From the sequence record PQ511146.1: a DNA stretch of 64,000 bases. The stretch is one strand, 5' to 3'. The translations under genes and the position numbers were made by a program. This document shows, piece by piece, positions 19,403-27,183 of this stretch. The notes beneath the pieces were generated by a model. The model saw nothing but the letters and a program-made list of their open reading frames with translations. It was not told where the DNA came from and made no database searches. Every line of letters starts with the position of its first letter. Positions within the stretch are counted from its first letter, which is position 1. This DNA is from Escherichia phage NHEP1.

Positions 19403-20298
19403 ATCTCCGCGTAAATTAAACTGGAATCAGTATACTTCTTTAGTGGGTAAATATCCTGTCCATAGATGCCGTCATTAAACACCTCATCTACCCAAAGGCT
19501 ACACTTATATCCCATCATCTCTAAAACACCCATCTCTTCTTCGGTAAACTTATCACCGCTCTTGCAAGATGTCAATACCTCATTCTGTACTCTTGCCACC
19601 TCGAAGCGGTTATTGGCAATATCGCTATTAGCGATCAAATACTCACCCAAAGGGTGTGCGGCATTAAAGATGCACAGTGGACGGTTGACGTAATAGTCTC
19701 CAGGTGTATAAAAATTATTGAGGTCTTTCACTAGAACATTCTTATCAGTCACTTCATTCATAACATCATGCATATCGCACATCTTTATATGTTTGAGGAT
19801 TCCATCCCCCATCACAAAATAAAAACTTGCTGAAACACTTTCGGCATAGATCTTACTAGATCCGTTGTAGTTGTATTTTACTCGGATGCTAACGGGGGTT
19901 TTTCCTGTCGCGTTAGCCATCATCCAAAGAAATGGCAGCTCATACTTCTCCTCTGAGGAAACAAAAGGTGAAGTTGCCAGAGATCGGAAACCTCCAGAGA
20001 AGTTGAAAGTTACAGAACCGCTCCGGCGGTATGATACTGCGTATTCCACTTTTATATCAACATATCCGTTGGAGTAAGTATGCCCTCCATTATCAAGGTA
20101 TGTCCACTTATCGGACCCAGATACCAACCTCCGCTCAATTACCTTCATCACTACAGGGATTAGCGGATTAGTACAAACCGATTTTGAAGTAGCTTTATCA
20201 TCCAAAGCCTCGTAAATTGCAGAAAGGATATCACCTGCTGAGAGATTGGTTGTGATATCTTGTTTCCACCTGGTGCTAAAACTGTTAAGATTTGCCAT
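19399..20298 (-). CDS. hypothetical protein
   Basis: 299 aa; TAGGAGCAC SD before ATG; first gene after divergent promoter. Confidence 0.6.
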   Translation of the reverse strand: MANLNSFSTRWKQDITTNLSAGDILSAIYEALDDKATSKSVCTNPLIPVVMKVIERRLVSGSDKWTYLDNGGHTYSNGYVDIKVEYAVSYRRSGSVTFNFSGGFRSLATSPFVSSEEKYELPFLWMMANATGKTPVSIRVKYNYNGSSKIYAESVSASFYFVMGDGILKHIKMCDMHDVMNEVTDKNVLVKDLNNFYTPGDYYVNRPLCIFNAAHPLGEYLIANSDIANNRFEVARVQNEVLTSCKSGDKFTEEEMGVLEMMGYKCSLWVDEVFNDGIYGQDIYPLKKYTDSSLIYAEI

Positions 20299-20338
20299 GA
20301 GTAAGTGCTCCTATGTTAGTTTTCTTTTGAATGGGTGC

Positions 20339-20367
20339 ACTATATCGTGGATTTAGAGTAAAGTCAA
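20339..20367 (-). promoter_or_regulatory. sigma70-like promoter (TTGACT-N17-TATAGT) for leftward operon
   Basis: Read on minus strand: -35 TTGACT, 17-nt spacer, -10 TATAGT. Confidence 0.6.
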
Positions 20368-20380
20368 CACGTTTTTCAGG

Positions 20381-20409
20381 TTGACATCTTCTCAGGCACT
20401 TGGTAAGAT
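20381..20409 (+). promoter_or_regulatory. sigma70-like promoter (TTGACA-N17-TAAGAT) for rightward accessory operon
   Basis: -35 TTGACA at 20381-20386, 17-nt spacer, -10 TAAGAT; 14 bp from the divergent minus-strand promoter. Confidence 0.55.
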
Positions 20410-20440
20410 TTCTCCACCCACAGAGAACAAGAGACAACTC

Positions 20441-21430
20441 ATGAATCTTGAAAAATATTATACACCAGAAGAGTTAGAGCGCTTGCTCAAAAAATACAGA
20501 CGCAAACAGAATAACGCACGGAAACGGGATATAGAGTTCAACCTGTCATGGGAAGAATATCTCCTATTTGGTAAAAAACTTTTAGGAGAGGGAGTATGCG
20601 ACTATACCCTTATACCTTTCGACATGCACACAGATGAAAACGGACTGGGAAATCCTTTCTACCCATCTCTGGAGCGGATAGATGATGAAGGTCCTTATGC
20701 GGTTGACAATTGTTGTGTGGTGGGATTGAGATGCAACTCCCTAAAGGACTGCCTGGTAGATAAAAAGACCGCAGTCTTGATTAAAGACAAAACTGATCGA
20801 AAAATTGTCCAGCAGATGATGCTCCACCTGAGCGAAGAGCGTATGGAGAAATTGAAAGGTGATTACACTTTTGAAGATTTCATCTTGCAATATGGAACGG
20901 AAGAGGATAAACTAGCACTCTTTGACGAAGAATGGGAGGAAGATATGTCACCGATGCAGGATTTTAAAAACTTCATGGCTAATCGTGGAGCCAACAAGCA
21001 CATTTCTGACATTGTAAACGAGCCTGTAGTAGAGGAGATTGGAGAGATGACGCAACAGGCTTACGAAGAGGAAAAAGAGCCTCAAGTGGTCGAAGAAGAG
21101 CTTACAGAAGAGGTTCCTGCACTGCCTGACGATGTTGAGATTGCCAAAGCTTACACTTTCTATTGCCAGACGTTCTACGATGCAGGTATGAAAGTTGATC
21201 TGTCATTCAGCCAGTTTAAGAGCACATACATTCGAAAATGTTGTGCTTTAACTGGTGAACGTCTCGGTGCCGGACTTAAACCCCTATTAGTTACCGACTG
21301 GAACAAAGGTTTCACCAAAGGTAACTTCATGGTAGTATCTCCAATCATGGAGAAGGCTATGACAGACCTTATGAAGACCACTCGCATGACAATGACCGAG
21401 TTGGCTGGTATTTTCAAGCACGTTAAATAA
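20441..21430 (+). CDS. hypothetical acidic protein with two related Cys-containing segments
   Basis: Track ORF starts at TTG inside the promoter -35; first ATG is 20441; acidic linker EEEKEPQVVEEELTEEVP. Confidence 0.55.
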   Translation: MNLEKYYTPEELERLLKKYRRKQNNARKRDIEFNLSWEEYLLFGKKLLGEGVCDYTLIPFDMHTDENGLGNPFYPSLERIDDEGPYAVDNCCVVGLRCNSLKDCLVDKKTAVLIKDKTDRKIVQQMMLHLSEERMEKLKGDYTFEDFILQYGTEEDKLALFDEEWEEDMSPMQDFKNFMANRGANKHISDIVNEPVVEEIGEMTQQAYEEEKEPQVVEEELTEEVPALPDDVEIAKAYTFYCQTFYDAGMKVDLSFSQFKSTYIRKCCALTGERLGAGLKPLLVTDWNKGFTKGNFMVVSPIMEKAMTDLMKTTRMTMTELAGIFKHVK

Positions 21431-21435
21431 TGACA

Positions 21436-21450
21436 GGGGCCATTGGCCCC
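21436..21450 (+). other. intergenic hairpin GGGGCC-ATT-GGCCCC (possible weak terminator/attenuator)
   Basis: Perfect 6-bp GC stem between stop at 21430 and next start; weak U-tract. Confidence 0.4.
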
Positions 21451-21463
21451 TTCTGGAGTTTTA

Positions 21464-22924
21464 ATGGATAGCAGAAGTTCAGAAATCATTACCGCACAAA
21501 AAGATGATGCCTTGCGAATGCTGCAGGCCGCTCGCATGTACCTTCTTGAAAAGCTGCCGTTTTATGGCACACTGTTGTCAGGGTTGCAGTTCGTAGAAAA
21601 CCACACATGGTGCTCCACTATGGCAACAGACCATAAACGCATCTACTACAGCCCTGAGTTCATTATGGGGTTGGCAGATGAGCGTAAAACCATTCTTAAA
21701 GCATCTCTGACTGACAAGCAGTTTGAGATGGCTGAAGTTTTCTATTCCCCAAAATCTGTGAAAGAGGTGGCCTTTCTTCTGTCACATGAGGTGGGGCATA
21801 TTATCTGTGATCATCTGGTCCGTGGTAAAAGCTTTGAGCCGGAACTGTTCAATATTGCTTGTGATCACGTTATCAACACAGGTCTTGTGGTTGACTTTAG
21901 CAAGCCTCCTTGTGTTTTCTTCCCGAAGGGGAAAAGCACTGAGTTCGTAAAAGGTAAGCCTTTTGGCTTCTTAGCTAATTGCTACTGCGACATGAAGTTT
22001 CATGGATGGATTGCGGAGAACGTCTATGCAGTTCTTGATAAACAAAGAGATCAGAATGGCGGTAAAAGTAAGAACGGTAAAGGTGAGAACTCCCAAGGAG
22101 ATAAACGACAAACCGATGATCACATGAGCGGGAACGGTGGCACTAGTGATGATCTTGGAAAGGCTATGGGGTATGATCAGCCGCAACCAGTAATCAGTCA
22201 ATCGGATAAAGATCAGGCCATGCAGGACTCTGGTGACATGTTGGAAGCAGCAATGCAAGCTTCAGGAGGTCGTTGCCCCGAGGCGGTGCGCGAGTTTGTC
22301 AAAAACAGAGGCAAGCCTGTAATCAATTATATAGATATTATTAAGCAACGTATGTTATCTAAAAGAAAGGCTGAGTTAACCTACAGAAAACCTGGTCGCC
22401 GATCTGGGTCTTTGACCACCACAATGCGAAAAGTTGGAGCTATAAACAAGAATCAACACGTTATTGTTCCTGGTCGTAATCCGGAAAACACTATAGATAT
22501 TGTAGTGGCTTTAGACGTTTCTGGGTCGATCTCACAAAGAACTTTAAAGAAAATGTTCAATGAGATCACCGGGTTGTGCAATTTGTATAAAGAGTTTAAG
22601 GTTACGATGTTCTGTTGGTCAACCGAGGTTGGAGAGGTTAAAGTATACACTCGCGGTAACATCGATGAGATGATCAACTATGAGGTCCACTCAACATGGG
22701 GCACAACAGCCGCCTGCGTGTTCGAGTATCTTGATGCTAACATACCGAATGCAAAAGATGTCATCGTCCTTACCGACCTCTACTTTGAGCATAACTTTGA
22801 ACAAAAGGCTGTTGACAACAAGTGGAAAAAGTACGATACTTTATGGGTTCTCACCGAAGGGTATAATAAAAATTATATCCCGAGCTTTGGGAAAACTGTG
22901 GAATTAATCGAGTACGCTAAGTAA
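21464..22924 (+). CDS. metallopeptidase-like (HExxH) + von Willebrand factor A domain protein
   Basis: 486 aa; LLSHEVGHIICDH motif; C-terminal MIDAS-like VALDVSGSIS; track TTG start replaced by ATG after GGAG SD. Confidence 0.7.
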   Translation: MDSRSSEIITAQKDDALRMLQAARMYLLEKLPFYGTLLSGLQFVENHTWCSTMATDHKRIYYSPEFIMGLADERKTILKASLTDKQFEMAEVFYSPKSVKEVAFLLSHEVGHIICDHLVRGKSFEPELFNIACDHVINTGLVVDFSKPPCVFFPKGKSTEFVKGKPFGFLANCYCDMKFHGWIAENVYAVLDKQRDQNGGKSKNGKGENSQGDKRQTDDHMSGNGGTSDDLGKAMGYDQPQPVISQSDKDQAMQDSGDMLEAAMQASGGRCPEAVREFVKNRGKPVINYIDIIKQRMLSKRKAELTYRKPGRRSGSLTTTMRKVGAINKNQHVIVPGRNPENTIDIVVALDVSGSISQRTLKKMFNEITGLCNLYKEFKVTMFCWSTEVGEVKVYTRGNIDEMINYEVHSTWGTTAACVFEYLDANIPNAKDVIVLTDLYFEHNFEQKAVDNKWKKYDTLWVLTEGYNKNYIPSFGKTVELIEYAK

Positions 22925-22939
22925 GAGAGGATGGTATTT

Positions 22940-23197
22940 ATGGCAACAGAGGTAGTAATTAAAGCTGAACGCCCAGTTAAAAAAGCTATCAACACGTTCC
23001 CTGTAGGAACCATTGTGAGCATGATTACAGAGTCAGGCCGTGTATCTACACTGCTAATCGTGAAATCTGCATGCTCATCTTGTGTGTGGGCATACGATCT
23101 TGACGAGAAAGAACTGAAAGATTTTGTCGGGGAGCTGAAAGCAACAGAGCTTGACGCTCGTATCGAAGTATTTGGTGAAACTATGAAGGAAGAGTAA
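22940..23197 (+). CDS. hypothetical protein
   Basis: 85 aa; second ATG chosen for SD spacing. Confidence 0.5.
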   Translation: MATEVVIKAERPVKKAINTFPVGTIVSMITESGRVSTLLIVKSACSSCVWAYDLDEKELKDFVGELKATELDARIEVFGETMKEE

Positions 23198-23460
23198 TGA
23201 CTACAAAAATCACTATTGCAGAACCGAAAGCTAACACGCAACCTATCGAAAAGTTTAAATGCGGCGAGGTGGTAACATTTACACCAGATAATGAAGATGC
23301 TAAGATTTTTGCCATGGTAACAGCCGAGTGGATGTGTGACAATACCACACAGGTGCTGCGTTTTGACACCTATCTTACAGATGAAATCAGGAACGACAAG
23401 ATCGTGACTGGTGTGGATACTGAGATCATTTTCTACAAGAGCTTTTTAGAGGGTTTCTGA
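23197..23460 (+). CDS. hypothetical protein
   Basis: 87 aa; start overlaps upstream stop. Confidence 0.5.
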   Translation: MTTKITIAEPKANTQPIEKFKCGEVVTFTPDNEDAKIFAMVTAEWMCDNTTQVLRFDTYLTDEIRNDKIVTGVDTEIIFYKSFLEGF

Positions 23461-23461
23461 T

Positions 23462-23695
23462 ATGGCAAAAATTCGTAAATTATCCAGCAATCAGGTTGTG
23501 AAAGACTTTGAATCTGGAGAGATTCTGTATGTTCGTGATGCAGATGATGAAGGTGAAGATCTTGTTATGCTGGTAGGGCACGCTGAAGACGGATGCATCC
23601 AGGCTGTTTTTCTTGAAACAGCTGTGGTACACTGGATAGAGCTGGACCTGAAAGCACGAAAACCTAAAGCAGAAATCATTATTTACGAAGATTGA
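23462..23695 (+). CDS. hypothetical protein
   Basis: 77 aa. Confidence 0.5.
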   Translation: MAKIRKLSSNQVVKDFESGEILYVRDADDEGEDLVMLVGHAEDGCIQAVFLETAVVHWIELDLKARKPKAEIIIYED

Positions 23696-23711
23696 CAAAA
23701 AGGAGAGAGCC

Positions 23712-24161
23712 GTGTTGAGCAAACGTGAATGCGACAGCATTAGTCTGAATTCCTATAAGAAACAATGGTTTGGGGTAGAAGTTTGCCGACTGCGGCTAGG
23801 CTCCTACTTGAACTTCGTCTATTATGAGAGTGACAGCCGTATCGTCTCTTATGAAGTGTTCTACACTAAGAATACATTCGAGCTGAGACGTAAGGTGGAT
23901 GGCGGGAGATCTACCGCCCAGAATAATTGGGAAACTATTCTACCTCCAGATGTTATAGGAAGCCCCCTGAATGTATCTGAAGATGAAAATCTTATGGTTC
24001 ATGCTATGATGGGACTTGACAGCTTAGAGCTGGCGATCTATGATATGTCTATCGAAGCAGTTAAGCTGGACTACATCGAAAACACTTTAGAGGAAGGTAT
24101 CAAGAAGTTTCTCGGTGAGAAATTGAAAGCCCACTTTCATAAGGAGCTATATCTGTTATGA
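23712..24161 (+). CDS. hypothetical protein
   Basis: 149 aa; GTG start after AAAGGAGAGAG SD. Confidence 0.5.
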   Translation: MLSKRECDSISLNSYKKQWFGVEVCRLRLGSYLNFVYYESDSRIVSYEVFYTKNTFELRRKVDGGRSTAQNNWETILPPDVIGSPLNVSEDENLMVHAMMGLDSLELAIYDMSIEAVKLDYIENTLEEGIKKFLGEKLKAHFHKELYLL

Positions 24162-24403
24162 AGACCCGTAAAGAACGTAACAAGATTTTACCTGGCGCTC
24201 TCGAACACATGATGAAGTGCAGATCTATCTGGCACTCTGCCAAGGAGGGGCAGCATGTGGTCGTGGTTAGTGATAATGCCAACCCATTCGGTGATTATGT
24301 CACCATGATGACTCCATACATCCGCGACGGTGTTGTGGAAGTGGTTCCTTATAACGGTCTGCATGAGAGGCATTTTGAGAGCACTTTGCTAGTGGAGCTA
24401 TAA
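24158..24403 (+). CDS. hypothetical protein
   Basis: 81 aa; ATGA stop/start overlap. Confidence 0.5.
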   Translation: MKTRKERNKILPGALEHMMKCRSIWHSAKEGQHVVVVSDNANPFGDYVTMMTPYIRDGVVEVVPYNGLHERHFESTLLVEL

Positions 24404-24405
24404 TC

Positions 24406-24972
24406 ATGGCGGTCAATGTGGCTTACAACACAGGAAAGCTTGACAGAGACATTGGGTGTCTTGTCCTTTCAGATACAGAGGAGTATTGGGGTTATGGGTT
24501 GCTGTCAGACCCACACCCGAGCAACCTTGTATCAACAGTGCTATATCGCTACGACCCTGTACCAACGGTACACGACAAAGACATTCACGACCTTCGGATC
24601 AAGTGTCTGGAAGATCTTCTGAACAATGGCTGCAACGATCTGCGGGTAGCCAAGGAGAAGCTTACAAACATTCACAAAGAGGAAGTGATGAGCACCCTCA
24701 GTAAGAGATCAGTGCACAAAAAGATGATGCTGAACTTTGCAATGGGTATCTACATGGATGGGTATAAGGGAGGGGATCCGATCCTCAAGCTTCGCTGCCC
24801 AACACTGTGGGAAAGAGTGGTTGACAGTAAGGACGGTACTGCCCTGCTAGAACTCCACACTGCAGGTTGGATTTGGCGGTATGTAGACGGATACCCTCTG
24901 TGGGCATGTGGGCCCGGTGAGTTTGTTGACAGACCTAGCGCGGTAGTGGATTTGCTATTGCAGTTTGAATAA
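24406..24972 (+). CDS. hypothetical protein
   Basis: 188 aa; GGAG SD upstream. Confidence 0.55.
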   Translation: MAVNVAYNTGKLDRDIGCLVLSDTEEYWGYGLLSDPHPSNLVSTVLYRYDPVPTVHDKDIHDLRIKCLEDLLNNGCNDLRVAKEKLTNIHKEEVMSTLSKRSVHKKMMLNFAMGIYMDGYKGGDPILKLRCPTLWERVVDSKDGTALLELHTAGWIWRYVDGYPLWACGPGEFVDRPSAVVDLLLQFE

Positions 24973-25028
24973 AAGGTGAGTTATAAAGCATTCATACACC
25001 TATCAACAATACAACAAGAGAGACTGAG

Positions 25029-25304
25029 ATGACGAAAGAAGAAGCTGACGTATTAGACTTTGCACTAGAGGCTACGCAAGAGGCTCTAGTGTTAGCTTGG
25101 AAAATGAACCAACGTGCTGCAGAATGCAACCGCCGAATCAATGAGATCCTGGGTATGTCTATGTATGATTTCACCATGCATGCTGGAGAGATTCCTGAAT
25201 TAACTGCTGAGATGAATGATCTTGACAATAAAATTAATATCATTCTGAAGACAGCAGAAACAACTCACCAAACCGCCCGTAAATTTATCAACGAGAAGGT
25301 GTGA
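25029..25304 (+). CDS. hypothetical protein (predicted helical)
   Basis: 91 aa. Confidence 0.5.
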   Translation: MTKEEADVLDFALEATQEALVLAWKMNQRAAECNRRINEILGMSMYDFTMHAGEIPELTAEMNDLDNKINIILKTAETTHQTARKFINEKV

Positions 25305-25306
25305 AT

Positions 25307-25780
25307 ATGGACTACAGCTACTGCGGAGAAGAAGTACCTTTTAACTACAGCAATCTCGCCACGAGTAATCCATATGAGACTCGTCACGGCACACACATCA
25401 TTGCTATTGACTTTGATGGAACGTTTAATGCGAGCCCTTTCATCTTCTCCCGCCTTATTAAGGACCTGAAGAAGGAAGGGTGGACAGTCTATCTTGTGAC
25501 TTTCCGATTCATCACTCAAGACAACGTGGACATCGAATACTGGCGCAAGGAGTTAGATGTTGGAGTGTTTTATACTGGAGGCGTTCAGAAGGCCGCTTAT
25601 CTGGCGCAGTTTGATATCTACCCAGACATCTGGGTTGATGATTCTCCAGCTTGCATTCCGGCTAAGAATCAGTTAGAGTTTGCAATGAAGGAGATTGAGT
25701 ATAAGTCTGACGCTAAGCGTAACGGATGGCCCTTTATTATTGAAGATTACCCAGATCCTGAACCGGAGAAAGAACCATGA
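25307..25780 (+). CDS. HAD-superfamily hydrolase-like protein (putative phosphatase/nucleotidase)
   Basis: Motif I IAIDFDGT (DxDGT) near N-terminus, acidic WVDDSP motif near C-terminus; ATG 25307 after GAAGGTG. Confidence 0.5.
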   Translation: MDYSYCGEEVPFNYSNLATSNPYETRHGTHIIAIDFDGTFNASPFIFSRLIKDLKKEGWTVYLVTFRFITQDNVDIEYWRKELDVGVFYTGGVQKAAYLAQFDIYPDIWVDDSPACIPAKNQLEFAMKEIEYKSDAKRNGWPFIIEDYPDPEPEKEP

Positions 25781-25947
25781 AACGAAGATACCATTACGTG
25801 ATGTGGAAGTTATATCATGGTGCTGCTAAGGCTTATCGAGCCGTGTTTGGTAATGACAATCACTGCATTATGTTACACCTTACATCCATTGAGCATCACA
25901 ATGAGTGGATTCGTGCAATCGTAATAGGTGACAAAGACTTTAAGTAA
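25777..25947 (+). CDS. small hypothetical protein (56 aa), not in ORF track
   Basis: ATGA overlap with preceding stop; translation MKRRYHYVMWKLYHGAAKAYRAVFG... ends TAA at 25945-25947. Confidence 0.4.
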   Translation: MKRRYHYVMWKLYHGAAKAYRAVFGNDNHCIMLHLTSIEHHNEWIRAIVIGDKDFK

Positions 25948-25977
25948 AGTATGGCTTTCGAGATGGAGACTGACTAA

Positions 25978-26361
25978 ATGTGCAAGTGTAAATCTTATAA
26001 TTGGAAAGTGAAAGGTGCCAAGCATCCAAATGTTATCGTTGATGTGCCTAAAAAGCTCCGTGACGGCAAAAAACGTGTGTGCCTTGATAAGTGCATGGCT
26101 AAACCTATCATGAGCCTATGGGCGGCAGGATTGAAGACCTTAAACTGCTGCTGTGGTCATAACAAACGCCCACCAAGCATTATCATACCGGAGAATGCAG
26201 ATCCTAAAGCATATGCCAAGATACTGACCCGCTACTACAGCACCTTCTTGATTGGAAAATGGTGCCACGATGAACTCCAGTGGTGGATAGCGTATGGCGG
26301 TCTTGGTGCTGCTTTAGGTTTCCCAGCTTTATCAGATAAATCTGTCAAGGTATCGTCGTAA
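25978..26361 (+). CDS. Cys-rich hypothetical protein (possible zinc-binding)
   Basis: 127 aa; CKCK...C...C...CCCGHNKRP cysteine clusters. Confidence 0.5.
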   Translation: MCKCKSYNWKVKGAKHPNVIVDVPKKLRDGKKRVCLDKCMAKPIMSLWAAGLKTLNCCCGHNKRPPSIIIPENADPKAYAKILTRYYSTFLIGKWCHDELQWWIAYGGLGAALGFPALSDKSVKVSS

Positions 26362-26370
26362 CCTATTTTA

Positions 26371-26388
26371 AGGCCTCAAACGAGGCCT
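26371..26388 (+). other. hairpin AGGCCUC-AAAC-GAGGCCU after 25978..26361 (possible terminator)
   Basis: Perfect 7-bp stem right after stop; no strong U-tract. Confidence 0.35.
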
Positions 26389-26465
26389 ATGCCTTCATAA
26401 ACTACCTGCCTCTGTGTGATTACCCTTCTAAATAAAATACCCTCTCAAATTGCTTAAAATTAAGC

Positions 26466-26494
26466 TTGACATCAACACCAGATTTATATATGAT
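26466..26494 (+). promoter_or_regulatory. sigma70-like promoter (TTGACA-N17-TATGAT)
   Basis: -35 TTGACA 26466-26471, 17-nt spacer, -10 TATGAT 26489-26494; about 30 nt upstream of SD/ATG at 26525. Confidence 0.55.
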
Positions 26495-26524
26495 TATCTC
26501 ATCAACCAAGCAGAGGAGATTGTC

Positions 26525-26932
26525 ATGGATAATCTTGCGAGTGTGAACGTCGAAATTGTTAAACTAAAGTTCTTGGGCTTTCGAGACCCTAATTCTCTAA
26601 CAGCTATACTGATGGATACCCACTTCACACCTGGGAAAGAGTACACTGCCTTCCGTTATATTTGTGGAGATCACGAATCGGCCTATAGTGTGAATACAAA
26701 CCTCGGCGAGGGATATTTCATCAAAGATATCACAGATCACTTGTGGGGTATGTGGGAATTGGTGGAAGAAGAGAATAAATCCCTTCCCAAAGAGATTTGG
26801 GTGCACACCTTCCACACAGGTAAGTTCGGAGGTACGGAACATAAGTCTATCCACTATGAAGAAGAAAGTGCCATCAAACAACAAGCTGTGCTTGGTGGAT
26901 CTGTAGAAAAATTTGTTAAATGCGAGGACTGA
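26525..26932 (+). CDS. hypothetical protein
   Basis: Track ORF 26450..26932 overlaps the promoter; ATG at 26525 preceded by AGAGGAGA SD. Confidence 0.55.
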   Translation: MDNLASVNVEIVKLKFLGFRDPNSLTAILMDTHFTPGKEYTAFRYICGDHESAYSVNTNLGEGYFIKDITDHLWGMWELVEEENKSLPKEIWVHTFHTGKFGGTEHKSIHYEEESAIKQQAVLGGSVEKFVKCED

Positions 26933-26935
26933 GAA

Positions 26936-27136
26936 ATGGCTGATTTTTGTAAAGATTGCTCTGAAGAGTTGTTTGGCTTTGACTGCAAAGATTTGGAAGG
27001 TCTGATCACTGAGGATCAGTGGAAGGAAGGCTATGCAGCACCTGTTATTTGTGAAGGTTGTGGCTATACCTATGTTGACCATAAAGGTAAGCGCGTCAAG
27101 CCGTCTGAAGATGGGGCATGTTGGGAGTATTACTAA
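26936..27136 (+). CDS. small zinc-ribbon-like protein
   Basis: 66 aa; CxxC...CxxC (FCKDC ... CEGCG). Confidence 0.5.
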   Translation: MADFCKDCSEELFGFDCKDLEGLITEDQWKEGYAAPVICEGCGYTYVDHKGKRVKPSEDGACWEYY

Positions 27137-27145
27137 CTATAAAAA

Positions 27146-27172
27146 GAAAGGGGCCATTTGGCCCCTTTTTTA
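27146..27172. terminator. bidirectional rho-independent terminator between convergent transcription units
   Basis: AAAAAGAAAGGGGCC-AUUU-GGCCCCUUUUUU: 6-bp GC stem flanked by A-run and U-run. Confidence 0.75.
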
Positions 27173-27183
27173 TCTACTACTTG

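Noticed and set aside
20381-20440. ORF-track starts at TTG/GTG inside promoters or hairpins (20381, 21443, 26450, 8097)
   Set aside because: These starts overlap -35/-10 elements or terminator stems; downstream start codons with proper SD spacing are more plausible
25978-26361. HNH endonuclease call for the Cys-rich 127-aa protein
   Set aside because: Cysteine clusters and a GHN tripeptide are present, but the canonical HNH spacing could not be matched by eye; left as Cys-rich hypothetical
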